A stretch of 63,574 bases of DNA, filler included, from Sphacelaria rigidula (taxonomy: Eukaryota): NCBI GenBank assembly GCA_964200075.2. It is 6 parts of 6 records of this genome, joined end to end, with 100 filler letters (N's around TTAATTAATTAA, not from the genome) between each part and the next. Parts side by side here need not be neighbours in the genome. Positions count along the whole stretch, not along the records: positions 42,453 to 52,963 come from CAXNAA020006362.1; positions 53,064 to 63,574 come from CAXNAA020006363.1; 4 more parts are not named here. The stretch is one strand, 5' to 3'. Shown here in pieces: positions 50,363 through 62,820 of the stretch; the first letter of the stretch is position 1, and every line of letters begins with the position of its first letter. The notes beneath the pieces are model-generated. The model was given only the letters and a program-made list of their open reading frames with translations, was not told the origin of the DNA and did not search any database. Position numbers and translations under genes: made by a program.

Positions 50363-51370
50363 CTGACTATCATAATCGGCTGCTTTATGGCGACCGTTAC
50401 TTCAACTCGCAGGCGCACAAATTCGAGTTAACATTCACCAGGTACTCACTTGTTGCTTGCCTTGGTCATTTGGCGGGGGGCGGGGGACCATCCACCCTAT
50501 GTTTCCGTGGGCTCGAACACCAAGACCGAGAGGACGTTTTTTGCCTTTTTTTTCTTAGTGATTCAGGTCTCATAGATGTATGAAGGTAGTGTCACGAAGG
50601 GTTCACGGCGGGACCCGAGAATATGTCACCTGGGCTCCTGCAGGACCGTATCGTTGCTTGATACTTGATCACTTCAGTTGAGTTGTGTGTGGCTGCACCT
50701 CGCGTTACTGTCGTCGATTGTGACGTACGTGCTATAAATAGAGACACGCAGCGGTCACACGCGGTGTGCCCAGCATATGATCGTTGTCGTCGTCGTGTTG
50801 ATACTCAGATAATGTGATAGACTTCTGCATGTTGTTGAGTACACGTTTCTCATCGCCGGGTCAAAATCGTGTTTTCCCATTGTAGATTGGTGTGGTGTCT
50901 TGTCGGTTGAGCATATGTTTTGTGTTCGTCAGTTAAGTCATGCGTTGTCTTCTTGCGATTGTCGCGTGTTTTCTGTGAAATGGAATGACATCAATTATTC
51001 GTGGGCTGTTGAAATGTCTCCGGTGCACTGGGCGGCGGGGGAAAATGCATGTGGGAGGTGTCAGAGGGGAGCACGATCATGTGTTTTCTAGGCTACATCG
51101 TGGTGGTGTTGTAAGTGAACATTTTTCACCCCTTCACCATGTATGTCTACGGTCTGCGCGGGAACTGAGCTCTGCACGTGGTAGTTTCCATGCCTTAGGA
51201 TGACGACAGGGACCATCGAGATAAGCACAGCGTGCAGTCCGGTCAAGTTCGCTACCCTCATGGCTGTCGTCGCTCTCTGCATGGCGAACGTCTGCATCTA
51301 CCTCGAATTCAAAGTGACCCTTCAATGGAGTAATCGCCGAAAACCAGTATACCGCCCGCATTTTCGTTAG
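50363..51370 (+). CDS. Candidate micro-exon gene for a small Cys-rich multi-pass membrane protein; 5' end unresolved
   Basis: Exons 50363-50395, 50442-50464, 50559-50577, 50678-50724, 50886-50905, 51092-51110 and 51199-51370 are all GT-AG and phase-consistent. They give LTIIIGCFMATVLTCCLPCDSGLIDLSCVWLHLALLSSIVTLVWCLVGYIVVVLMTTGTIEISTACSPVKFATLMAVVALCMANVCIYLEFKVTLQWSNRRKPVYRPHFR*. Hand-assembled; the first two donors (GTTACT, GTCATT) are weak. Confidence 0.5.
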
Positions 51371-51959
51371 AAACCGGTGAAGTTGAATATCCACTCCAGA
51401 AATGCAACAAATGCTGGCACCTGATTGGCCAAATCATGCCGCCAACGGGTTCTGGCGAAAGACACACACGGTGTACCTGTTATTGACAACTCAATTTGGC
51501 TCTCATTGTTTTTTGGCGACGACTTCACCGCTTTTTGGCGATCGACGTGCCTGGCGACAGGTTCCTGGCCAACCTCGAAACATGTCCACGACACCATACA
51601 CCCTGTTACCTTTCGGCGGCTGGGCGCTAAATATCGGGAGTTTTGTTTCGGTTGGGCCTAGAATTTTCTACCGTCTGTTGTCGTACGTATTCGCCATCGC
51701 CACACGGTCAGCAGTTCTCTCCATCTGCGGGATCGCTGTCGCCGCCTGCGTTTGCTGTGCTTTGGCACGTGTCTGTACCTTGCCTGGCTGGACATTAATG
51801 CGCTTTGACGTCAGCCGTAAATTTGTAAGGTGTGCTGTACTATTGGGGGGTGAACACACGCTAGCTGCTGCTAACGTCCCTTATGCGTTGGTTGACTCGA
51901 CACCCGTCGCCAACCGAGGACAATCAGTGCGTGACGTGTGCGTAGTATTTTCGACTGTC

Positions 51960-52210
51960 TGTGTTTTTGTTCCGCCGTGATTCTTTTGCTCGTCCACTTC
52001 GAAGCTGCGGAACAGCCGTGTGATTGTGCGTAGAACCCTTCCTGGGTTGTGGGTTGGGATGGTGGGGGTCTTGATGACAAAAAAAGCTCTCCGCTGTTGG
52101 ACAGGGTGTGAGAAAAAATCCCAGACCGGGTGACTCCATCTAAATTCGAGCCCACGTCCCAACCGTCAGAGTGATTCGAGGTTACTCACTGAGCCATCGG
52201 GGTGACCGGC
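51960..52210 (-). mobile_element. tRNA-derived SINE related to 6390-6744 (3' boundary approximate)
   Basis: Minus head GCCGGTCACCCCGATGGCTCAGTGAG...GGCTCGAATTT...TCTGGGATTTTTTCTCACA matches the 6744-6645 head. Confidence 0.75.
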
Positions 52211-52963
52211 TCGGTGAGTAGGGGGGGAAATCGTGACGTCTAACATAACCACTGATCCTTATTCCGCTGCCGCAAAATCTCAGACCAGACGGGGCTAGAC
52301 GGAAATTCCGTCACGTCGAGCGCTGAAGGTCTCTTCAGGATTTCGTCCCGCGAAAAACCCTGTATGATATTGTTGGATCTATGTAGCGCTTGGGAGCCAA
52401 GCAGCGCGCGGATGCGGTAGCGAGATAATGGTCAAACAAGCTCGGTTGCTGCAAGCTCCCCATGTTCTCGAATACAAATGTGGGGTTGTCCTAGATGACC
52501 GTACCTCGCGAATTTCACCAGAAGTGTGCTACATGTAGACTCCGCACCTTAGCGTACCGTGTGTTGCCTGTTTCCGCGCTATGCTCTACACTCACCTGTG
52601 TGGCCAACTGTAGGCGTACTTGTAGTCATCAACCATCAATCGACGTCATCAGCTGCCCGATTCGTCTGTTTACTTGAAGTCGAGGTCTTGGCCTCACCAG
52701 TAGTCCAAGGGTGCGAATATACATTTTAGCACCTCACGTGACAGCAACAGTTCAGTACATGAACGTTTACCACCCTCGACTCAAGCATCGCAACTCATTC
52801 TCCGCGTGGTGGCAATCTCACGCCATCTGTCTACTAGCTATTGAGGCAATTCTACTCATGAGTCATCCTACGATAGGGGGGGGGGGTATTTTGGGCCAGT
52901 TGTTGCGCGAAAGTTCGAGGCAGATCGTCCTTGCAAGCGGCAACGGTCGTTCGAACAAGCGTG

Positions 52964-53063
52964 NNNNNNNNNNNNNNNNNNNNNNNNNNNNNNNNNNNNN
53001 NNNNNNNTTAATTAATTAANNNNNNNNNNNNNNNNNNNNNNNNNNNNNNNNNNNNNNNNNNNN
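52964..53063. other. Artificial scaffold linker
   Basis: N44-TTAATTAATTAA-N44. Confidence 0.97.
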
Positions 53064-53390
53064 CCTGATATCGCGCCGTGCGTCGCCTGAGCGAGATTCA
53101 CACGTACTCTTGGCTGGCCCAGCTCGTATGAAATCGTGAAATATGTACAAGTGATATTGTATACAGGTACCAAAGGTGACATGCTCGCGTCCGCAGTCGC
53201 TGAGGAGACGAAGGAGATCGACAGGCACACGTTCCGTTTTGGATTGTTTTGTTTCGCATCGCTCCCATGATATGTGTTGGGTGATATCCTCACGCCGCGT
53301 GGATTCTCCAACTATTCATGCTAACTCGTTCATATGTTGCCCTCTCCGCCTCCCTCGCGTGCAAACTTTGGGATGTGGGTTTATCCACAG

Positions 53391-55588
53391 TATTTCTTTG
53401 AAACGTTCATCGCGAACGATGCGGAGAAAGGTTTGGTAAGCTTTCACAAGTCGATAGGGGATACTGAGGTGCGATCCACGCCGTGGAAGGTGTCGGGTGG
53501 GGCAATGGGCATGACCCGAGAAATCCGGTTCGTGCACCCGGTCAAGGCGCCTATCGGACCGAATCAGACTCGCGCGGTAAAGCTTCAACGGTGAGTCATG
53601 TCCACATTTTTTACGGCTGTAACTGCGCTGGTTACCAAAATATATAACCTTCACTGGGTTTTGATAACTTGGCACTTGGAGAGGATTACCGCCACCCGAT
53701 GTTGATGCGAAGGGGTGTGCTCCAGCCCAAAGATGATAATCATCCAGACTTTCGACGATCGTTTTTGTTGTGCTGTGTTTGTGTGACGTGTGACCGCGAA
53801 TATTGCCGGGGGGGGGTTGCCAGTGTCATGACTACGGACTATCTCGCTTTTTGTGTCTACAGAGTAGCCACCTGTGGTGAATCGCATGTACTGTCGATGC
53901 ATTTTATGGGACAGTCGTCTTCTGTTGAGCATTCTGGCACAAGACCCCGCAGCGTTCTATCCTTTGTTCTTCCACCATGCCACGTTGATGATTGGCATGT
54001 GCGCTGCCGCCGTCACTGTTGTCCGTTTCACCACCACCCGTTTTGTTATAATATTGACGACAGCTGCCGAATGTACGGGGAGCACGGATTGATTCTGGAA
54101 ACGTCGACCCATCTGGAAGATATTGTGATGAGTGACTATTTCCAAATCGAGGATCGTTTTGTGGCGCAGCCCGGTAAAGACGGATCTATCCGTGTAGAGG
54201 TTGAAGTGGAGGTGAGCGATGGGCATTGCCATACTCAACTGGTGTTGGTGCGACTTCGACTAAATATCAAGGATATACGATCGAGTCCGCTCGAAGAGGA
54301 GAAGCGCCGAGTGGTGCAAGATATTACGTACACAAGATTGTCATGTGCGAGTCGCCCAAACCAGTTCGTCGGGCTTGATCGATATGCATTGACGATGCTT
54401 GCGCCGGCCCGGCAAGCATCACCTTTCGATATCGTGTTTTGAGTGGTGATGGCAGTGATTCTTCCCAAAAGGCTTGCGCCCCCGCTTCCCCCGGCCGTGC
54501 CGACTTGGTGTGATCAGGTCAAGTTTTTCAAGAGCACCATGTTGCGGAAGGCGATCGAGTCCAAGAGCCTCAACGAGACGAAGGAGGTGTGGGAGCTGTA
54601 CATCAACATGGCTCGGGACACTCTCAGTAAGCGGATAGGTGAGGACTGCCACGCGGTCACCTACATTGTTCGGCCCACGTATGATTGCTCAAGCCAGATT
54701 GTGTCATGCGAGTAGAGTTCAAACGTCGGGGTGACGTCATGAAGTCATCAACCGGCTTTTCTTACTGTAGAAATGACAATGAACAGCTCATGACAGTAGT
54801 TTTGGGATGACCACCCTTCGCCGCTAATAATATCCCGACAGCACTACTGTGAAACCTCGTACAGTACCGAGCGCTCTCCACACACTGTCCACTGTCCAGC
54901 ATGGCTTACTCCTCCATCGCGCGTCCCTCCTTCGCCATTCCCCTCAGCACCCCGCCAGCTGCCCGATAGCGGACAGGAGTCTGACGATGAGGACCTCGTA
55001 CGTCGTACACGTGAACGCCTGCGCGAGCGTCGGAAGCACCGCAACCGCCATCGCCATACCCCACCACCACCCCACGCCCCTCGCCACCACGACCATCACG
55101 GTCCACCGCCCGACGTCTCCGGGACAATGGCGGAAAACCATGGGGCATCCCGCCCACGCGCCAGATCGGCTGCCCCGAGATTACCAACAGAATCGCACGG
55201 CGGAAGCGTAGAATATGCAAGAGATAAAAAGGGCGGGACTAGGAAGTCACCGCGAGCGCCGAGCGTAGGTGTTGCTGACCGGGCGACGGTGATAGATCGC
55301 CTCCGGAAGTGGGTCACCACTGCTGCCGCCCTACCGTGGATGCTTGTGGGTGGGGTGCTTCTTTGGGAAGTAATGCAGTTCGTGCGGTTCAAGAGCGAGA
55401 TGGCGGGGTTTTTGGAGGCTTCGGAGGCGGCATTTGATGCTCTTGGAGATGGGGTTTTGGTGGGGGACGAGGTGGACGAGGCGCGAGAAGTGGTCGGAGT
55501 AGCTTTGAAGGAAGAGCTAGCACAGCGGTTGATGACAATTTACGTCCGAAACCGGTTTTTCTGGCCTTTCAGTTGGTTCCTCGTGTGA
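53391..55588 (+). CDS. VASt (StART-like) domain lipid-transfer protein with C-terminal TM helix (GRAMD1/LAM/VAD1-like), 5'-truncated; exons 53391-53590, 54064-54211, 54518-54638, 54948-55588
   Basis: FH..IGDTEV..TPW...REIRF.HP..APIGP..TR..K.QR|CR.YG..GLILETS....DI..SDYF.IEDR...EV|VKFFKSTMLRKAIES fits the VASt consensus. All junctions are GT-AG and in phase. Hydrophobic AAALPWMLVGGVLLWEVMQFV follows. Confidence 0.85.
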
Positions 55589-56764
55589 AATTTTCGTGAA
55601 ATAGGTTGTGCAGGCAAAAAATATTTGTTGTGGTTGGACCATAAACGTGAAGTTATGACGTGGTTCAGTAACGGTCGTGCTCTGTCGTTTACTGTTTTCA
55701 TTTTGTATTTTCGATGAGACGACCTATGGCTATCGGGTACTCCTCAAGAACCACCCTTAAGTGGCAACCTATTGGTGGTATTTACAAAAAGTGATGGAAG
55801 CTGTATCCTCGCGCCTGGTGCCGAGCGTATCTATGCTCCGCGGGGATGAGGCAAGCGTTCTTAGACGGTAATCGCGTCCTCTCAAGGCTTGCCTCCTAGA
55901 CTTTCAATAGGACAACTGTTGTCTATATGTTTTTTCAGCTCTCGAATGACGAATACTTTCACCCATCGTGTTTTTTTATTCCCCCCAGTAGATACAGGCT
56001 CATTATCGTAAGGAGCAACAACCCCTTTTTTCCCTTTAGCCCCCACGGCAGCGAGAAGATCATTGAAGCTCCCCAATGCATGTAGGGTAGCTATGACTTC
56101 ACTCCATAATCGAAAGGGGGTCGGTCTCTTGTTGACTGTGGAAAGACCCACACTAGAACCCGTTGTTTCTGTGTAAACTGTAAGCCCATGGGTGAATCTC
56201 GTGCGTCTAGCATCTTTTGATTGTTTTTTTTTTGTCTGCTCATCATGTTCGTGCACCGTACTCGTGACCTGGATCTCCTTTCCGTGGAAAAATTTTGCGT
56301 ACGCTTGCGATTGGGAGTTTTACTCCAATCCCGACTAGTGGTGACTAATGAAGACTGGACGGAAATGGGTTTTCTTGTGGCTGTGGTACTTTAGATGGCC
56401 ATCACAGAAGAGTTTGAAAACAAGAACACTGGCACACCATGATACGAGATACAGGCATGGCGCCTGAAATTGATCTCAGCTTAGATTTCTCTGTCTGCGC
56501 CGTTAGGCTGCCACGTGCGCCGTGGGTAGCTGCGGGCGTAGGACATTCAATAAAGGGTGGGGGACGGAAATCGTTGGCGTACTTGATTGTAACTGTCATG
56601 TCGGTGCGTTCCCAGAAAGGGACGGACTACGAAGTCCAAATCACGGCGGGAGTAGAATGGAGTGCAGGTGTCTTGGGCACCGTTGTGCGACGTCGGTGCA
56701 GCTATTTTAACGCTGGCGGTAGGTCTATTTCAACGCTTGTTGAAAACAAGCCGTAGCTAGCTGG

Positions 56765-56922
56765 CAGAACGGTAATATATTAATCCCGACCTTTCTGAGA
56801 AATGACATAATTGACACGAGGGCATGACCTTCGCAACTTCTATCCAGACACGAGTCACCCGCCCACATATACCGAAAGGTGTAGACCGGCGCCCAGAATA
56901 GATGGGACAACACACACACACT
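56765..56922 (+). mobile_element. 3' end of a SINE of the 6390-6744 family (5' boundary approximate)
   Basis: GCCCACATATACCG.AAG.TGTAG.CCG.CG.CCAGAATAGATGGGACAACACACAC is the reverse complement of about 6390-6446. Confidence 0.7.
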
Positions 56923-57352
56923 ACTATGCGAAGTCCATCGTGGCTGGATAATGCCAGCACACATGCAGAGAACCGCAGCAACGAGGATAAGACGTCGGAC
57001 CGTTGAACTTCCTTGGAAAAACCTGTTCTATTCTAAAACGTGTAGCAAAGTCGGTGATTGTTTCAAGAGTGCCATACCTGTCACGTTGCACAAAGTCCAG
57101 GCCTAGCGGCACACGATCGCCACGTCCGTATGGCAAAATATGAAATACATGCATGGTCACACCCTCCCCCTCTCCTCCGGCCCCGATTATACAGAGGCGT
57201 GCCTCAAAAGCGAGTACACGGCGGGACATCGGCAGCAATTTGCAGATGTGCGGTGCACGTGCCATGCATGCCCCTCGTTCAATATGCACACTCCCCGCGG
57301 CTGTTGTATCGTACTGTTGTACACCGTGACAGTAACTCGACTTCATTTACTG

Positions 57353-57410
57353 CTTGCTGTGCAGGTCGTGTAAAGTATGACCTTGCTGTGCAGGTCGTGT
57401 AAAGTATGAC
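57353..57410. repeat. Perfect 29-bp tandem duplication
   Basis: CTTGCTGTGCAGGTCGTGTAAAGTATGAC x2. Confidence 0.9.
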
Positions 57411-58267
57411 AGTCTGCTGGTGGATACATTGTGCAGTCGTCACCCTTATTGTGGAGTATTTCTTCAAGTCTGCTTCCAACGAGGACAGCAGCAGTGAGGA
57501 TAAAACCTTCACCCGTGAAACTTTCTTGGAAAGGCAGAACTGCAGAGTAAAAAATGATCACATGACCGACGTGCTGCGCACGCTGGTGGGTAGCATTTCC
57601 AATCAACAAACCTGTACATTTCTTCACCAAGACAATCGAAACAGGCTCGATCGACCGAAAATACCGGAGAGTCAGAATCTGGGCTGAAACGTGTCAGGAC
57701 CCCCGATGACCGATCGGCCCGTAGAGCACTCAATATAATTCAAGTCAGATGTTCTTTTTTCTTGGTATGTAGAGCGGATACGAGTATCTTCAGATCCCCA
57801 ATGTGATGAGCAGTGGCAAGCGAAAGGGCCTAAGAAAATCGCCAATTACGAAGAAACTACAAAATGAAGAGTTCAGGCGACCAGTACTGTAATAAATCTG
57901 TATGTGGTCGTCCACATTAAAATGAAGTACTATTTCAACCACAGAATTTTTTCACTGGGATAAACGATGCTGCGTTTGATGAGAGTTGAGTTCAATATTT
58001 TCGGACTCTCCGATCTGTCCTCACCTTCACATGCACATCCATACCAGAAATAGTTCAACGCCGCAAAAATCTCCGTCACCAACCGGCGCTGTTTCGCCCT
58101 GCGGTTTCTAATTACATTACAAACAAGTTACTCGATGAGCTCGCGGATCGATTATCGTCTGCCGAGCGTACTCAAACAACCAAGGATGTCAACCACGGGA
58201 GCCCAGGATGCGTAGAACACGTGGAGAATAGTACATTACCTCACCACCAACTGCCACGCATACAGCG

Positions 58268-61200
58268 TCATGACGTCTTTTGCTTTCTAGCCAAGAAACG
58301 AGCGCGTGCCGCCGCAATGGCATCGCCATTCTTTCCTCCCTGCTCTTTGGAAGCCTGCAGCTTGGGCTTGTCGCTCGATCCGCCACCATCCGCCGCATCT
58401 GTCGCCGCGGTGCCAACTTGCTCTCCAGGTCCCAGCGTCCGGCCGCAAAGCCGGTCCGCGGTGACGGGTTGCACTGATTCCAGTCGGGATCTCAACCACC
58501 GCCCTTTTACACTCATGGTGTGGCGCATGAACGGACGTGCTGTATACACCAACTCTGTGTAAATTACGTGCTCTGGAGGCTCCGGGGCATGGACAAGAGC
58601 GCTGGTTGGGTGTAAATACATCAGCGTCAATCCTGACTGTCCTGTTTCGTGCCCCTGGCGCTGGAGAGCCTCCACCGCCAGCGAGCGATACACCCACTCT
58701 TTCGAGCACCGCTGACCCGCATACATAAAGTATCCCGCACAAAATGCCTTGCGAACTTTATCGAAGTTGCGACCGCAGCTTGTAATCTCCGTTTCATTTC
58801 GACCGGAGCCCGTTTCCCCCTTTGACACGCTGCGGTTCATCTTGCGCATTTCCCCGAGTAGTTGCACACGCACACTACGCGCAGTGCGAAGTGCGCGCAC
58901 ACGTAGGTAGACACCTTTAGCCCACGCGTCACTAAATCCCGCCGCCTCCCAGGCTCGATAAACAGCAAGGTACGTGAAATGATCCCCTAGTGGATGCCGA
59001 AACAGCGCGTGACTCGCGTCTGCTTCTTCGTCCCGTTCGCCTCGCGCCCGCCCGCCGCCGCCGGCACCGGCTCCATCTGTCCCCCCAGTACCGCTTGGCC
59101 CCTTTTCACCCCCTCTACTACGGGAGAACCATATGCTTTCCACGCTGAGAAGCGCGACGATGGTGAGCACTTCTTCTAGACAGCCTAGCTCCCCTGCCTC
59201 AAGTAGGGTGCGACTCAGGCTAGGTTCTAGTGGAAATCGACTCATTCGGCGGCCGATATCGGAGGCACGGCCGTCTTTATCTAGCGCCTGCAGACAATAG
59301 AGATGCTGCAAGGCCTCTAGAGCTTGGTCTTCAGCCGGTGGGTCCAAGAAATCAAACGCTAGCACGTCTTCCACGCCTAGTACCTGAACAAAATATCCGG
59401 TAGAAAGGGCAAGAAACCCTGGTTCATAATTTCTGAAGTGTCCTGCAACTAGTGCGTTGGCTTTTCTGCGGAAAATCGGTTACTTGAATTTCGCTTGCAC
59501 CCAGTGTGCCCAACATCATGTGTTTTTCCACATTTGGCCGACAACGCAAGTGCACACACAGTTACAACGGCAAACGGACAATCACAAGGACAGCCCCCAT
59601 CACCAGCATGCGAGAATACTGCCGCCTGGACTCAGCGCGCATGCGCCATGCTGTCGCGACTTACCTTCAAGTACAGCAGTGTATTCGCCAGGTTAGTGCG
59701 GAGGATTTCGGGAATAGTTTCGCTCAACATTGCAGCAAAGCAATCTCGGGAGTAGAGCCTATAGCACTGTCCTGCGGCAGTTCTTCCGGCGCGACCTGCA
59801 CGCTGCTGGGCTGCCACTTGGCTGATGGGCACAATCACGAGAGACTCCATCCGCCGTGCGGGGTCATACGTCTTCTGTTTCACGTACCCAGGGTCGATGA
59901 CGAAGCGAACTCCAGGTACGGTTACACTGGTTTCAGCGATGTTGGTGGCCACCACCACCTGAGCCCAAGTCAAACGACATTTATGGCGAATAGTCAATCC
60001 AACGAGAGGGATGACACTTGCCACGAATTGAATCCAATACACTGAATACAAAATAGAGCGTGCGGGGGGAAATAAGCCCATCTCTGTCAATGGTGACGCC
60101 CACCTGCCAACAGCATCGCGAAAGAAGATAAAAATAAGCCATCCAGCACGGACGATCTACTCACCCTCCTGTCGCAACACGTGAACCACACCGCATGCGA
60201 CGGGCCACTTGACATGCTTGACTGCGGACGGATTGCTGCTGTAGCTCACCATACGGTAGCATCTTCTGCTGTAAAAACATACCTTGCGAACGCCTTGACG
60301 CGTCGGGTGGAACGCTTCCGCCTGAGCCTCCGCGGAGAGAGCTCCAAACAACGGTACCACAAGAAGCTCCTGAGGTCCTTCGTTCGTCGCGTTGCCGCCC
60401 CCACCGCCAACACCTAAATCCATCCTTTCCGTCCTCTGCTGCGCTATAGCTTCGCCCAGCATGCGACACACTCGCTCTATCTCATCCTGCCCCGTAAAGA
60501 ATGCTAGGATATGACCGGGTCCCTGCGTGCGGTGCACCTTGAGGATGATGTTTACAGCATCTTCTACGTATCGAGGCGATGCTGGCCCGTTTGCGGTCAT
60601 CACCTTGCGTGGGCATAAGGGGAACGGTGGTGGAGTCCGTGCAAGGGGAAGGAGAGATGGAGCGATTTTCCGGGAGACGGGTTAAAAGTGAAGATGGGTA
60701 CCGAAGGTTTCAGAGGGGATTTCCCAAAGCAAGAGGGACACGCCGTTTTTTTGTTTTGCCTCAAAACTGACAACCATTCAATATATTTCATGCTCCATTC
60801 ACCTGTCGGGTCTTGCTGTGATATACGTCCACCTCGTACGTGCGACCGGGAATGCTGACAAACGGGCAGTCATCGAAGAACGCGGTAAACCGTTCCACGT
60901 CCAGGGTCGCGGAAGTAATGATCGCCTTCAAGTCTGGCCGTCTCGCCAGAGCCCTCTTCAGCAAGCCAAACAAAATATCCGTATCAATACTGCGCTCGTG
61001 TGCCTCGTCCAACATCACAACGCCATATCTGCTCAGGAATGGGTCTTCCAAACACTCGCGCACGAGGACACCGTCCGTGCAGTACTTGATGCGAGTGTTG
61101 GGACCGGTGCGGTCTTCAAACCGGATAGAGTATCCCACTTCCTCGCCCAGTCGACAACTCCGTTCCTCAGCCACGCGGCGGGCCACCGACGTCGCTGCCA

Positions 61201-61978
61201 CCCGACGTGGTTGTGTCACAGCAACCTGTAACCGGCGTCTGGAGGAGCCGCATGTGTGCAAGTCCGGATCGGACGTCGCTGTTCGCTTCTTGTTGCCTCC
61301 ATCGCCTCCGGTTCCAGCCCAACCTTTTTCTTGCTCCAGCAGGAGCTCAAGGAGATACTGGGGGATCTGAGTCGTTTTACCCGAACCAGTCTCTCCCGTG
61401 CACACCAATACCTGGCTAGAGCGGATAGCTTTCATAAGGCCGTCTTTGAAGAGGGTAACCGGTAGAGGGTCCGAATCTTCCTCTGCATCAACCTTGCCCT
61501 CCCCCTCATTCTTCTGCTTGCGGCTATCGTTTCTTAGCGCACCGTCGGCGCCAGTAGATGCGATGGCAGTGGTCCCCGCCTGAGATCCCCACCTCCTCTT
61601 CCGGCTAGACTTTGATTGTCGTTCTTTTTCTCGACTGTGACTGGGCTCGCGTCCTCGCTGCCGCTGCGCCTCGTTTCCCCTCCCTGTGCGATGCCTGCAA
61701 CTACGGCTACGACTACGACTACGGCTACGGCTACGACTACGGCAACGGCTACGGATCCCCCACTTTCGTTGCCGATCATGCCCACGATCATACCCACGAT
61801 CACCGCCTCTGTCGTCAATGGTTTTGCTTTGCTTGTGCACTCTTCGTCTTAGGCTTTCACGGGATCCCGAACGTTGCCTAGATGACGAACGCTTGTTGGT
61901 GTCACGCACGCCATCGTGGCCTCCATCTGCTGACTTGTCGCTGCCATCTCGATGCCGTCGCTCGCCTGATTGTACCAT
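58268..61978 (-). CDS. DHX40: DEAH-box RNA helicase, DHX40/plant DEAH4-like, 968 aa; exons 61978-60803, 60603-60283, 59958-59665, 59383-58268
   Basis: [44 protein letters not shown]2 (FPLEP.LSR.LL, GDH.TYL) and OB-fold (HPTS, YTELV). Three phase-0 GT-AG introns. The C-terminal [10 protein letters not shown] resembles DHX40/DEAH4 ends; orthology is from memory and less certain than the family call. Confidence 0.9.
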
Positions 61979-62820
61979 GGTTGCTCCAATATGATGCAGT
62001 GATGATCGACAGAACACGGAGTCGGCCCAGTCAACATATACAGCCTTTTTTCTAATTATCAAGGGCGCAGCACGCCCATCAGCTACAGATCCGTGCAGTA
62101 AGGTGATAGCTGAACCAAGAAGTGGTTCAAACCGGCTGGTCGAGGCCAAAGCTACCGCTATGGTATTCCTCGATGCCCCCTGACCCTCCGAAATTGTAGA
62201 TGTCATACTCTAATTTCTTCCGTGCGGTTTTTATTATGAATAATGGCAGTAGGTGGTACAGATGCGGTGAAATGCCGCGGTGGGGGGAGCGATCCCTAGC
62301 GATTGTTGTGTCTGAACTGTACTGTACTGTACCGCAGGGTAAACTGCAGCATGGAGGGCGAGGAAAGCTACGGACCATTTACCTGCTTGATGAATTGTAT
62401 TCGAAGGTGGAGAGAACGGGATCGGCTCCGCCGGCACATAGAGTTACTGCGAACAGGTGACTTCAATAGACGGGCTATTTTACAGTACAGTCGGCCGGCA
62501 GAGCTTCGGTGCAGTTTTACTGCCCTATCTGCAATGAGGCCGCGCCGCTGTTCGGAAGATTTTATACATCGAGGCTAAACGAGTTGGGATATACATGCTT
62601 ACTTATTCCCCTATCTCTAGCTGCATGGAGTCGCCTGGTGTCATCCATGGTGAAAACGTGCGTAAAGCAAGAGCGTCCTGTGGCTGGCTCGGGAGCAGCT
62701 GTTTGTAGCGGAGTTGTTTCACAATGTTCTTCCTCCGAAGTTTTGTTTTATTACAGTATTGTTTACACCCGAGACTAAGCGCACCTCAGGTCTGATGATT
62801 CTGACGCTTGAGTACCTGTA

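Noticed and set aside
56340..56375. Hammerhead-like CTAATGA...GAAA
   Set aside because: The core deviates from CTGANGA and I could not pair stems I-III.
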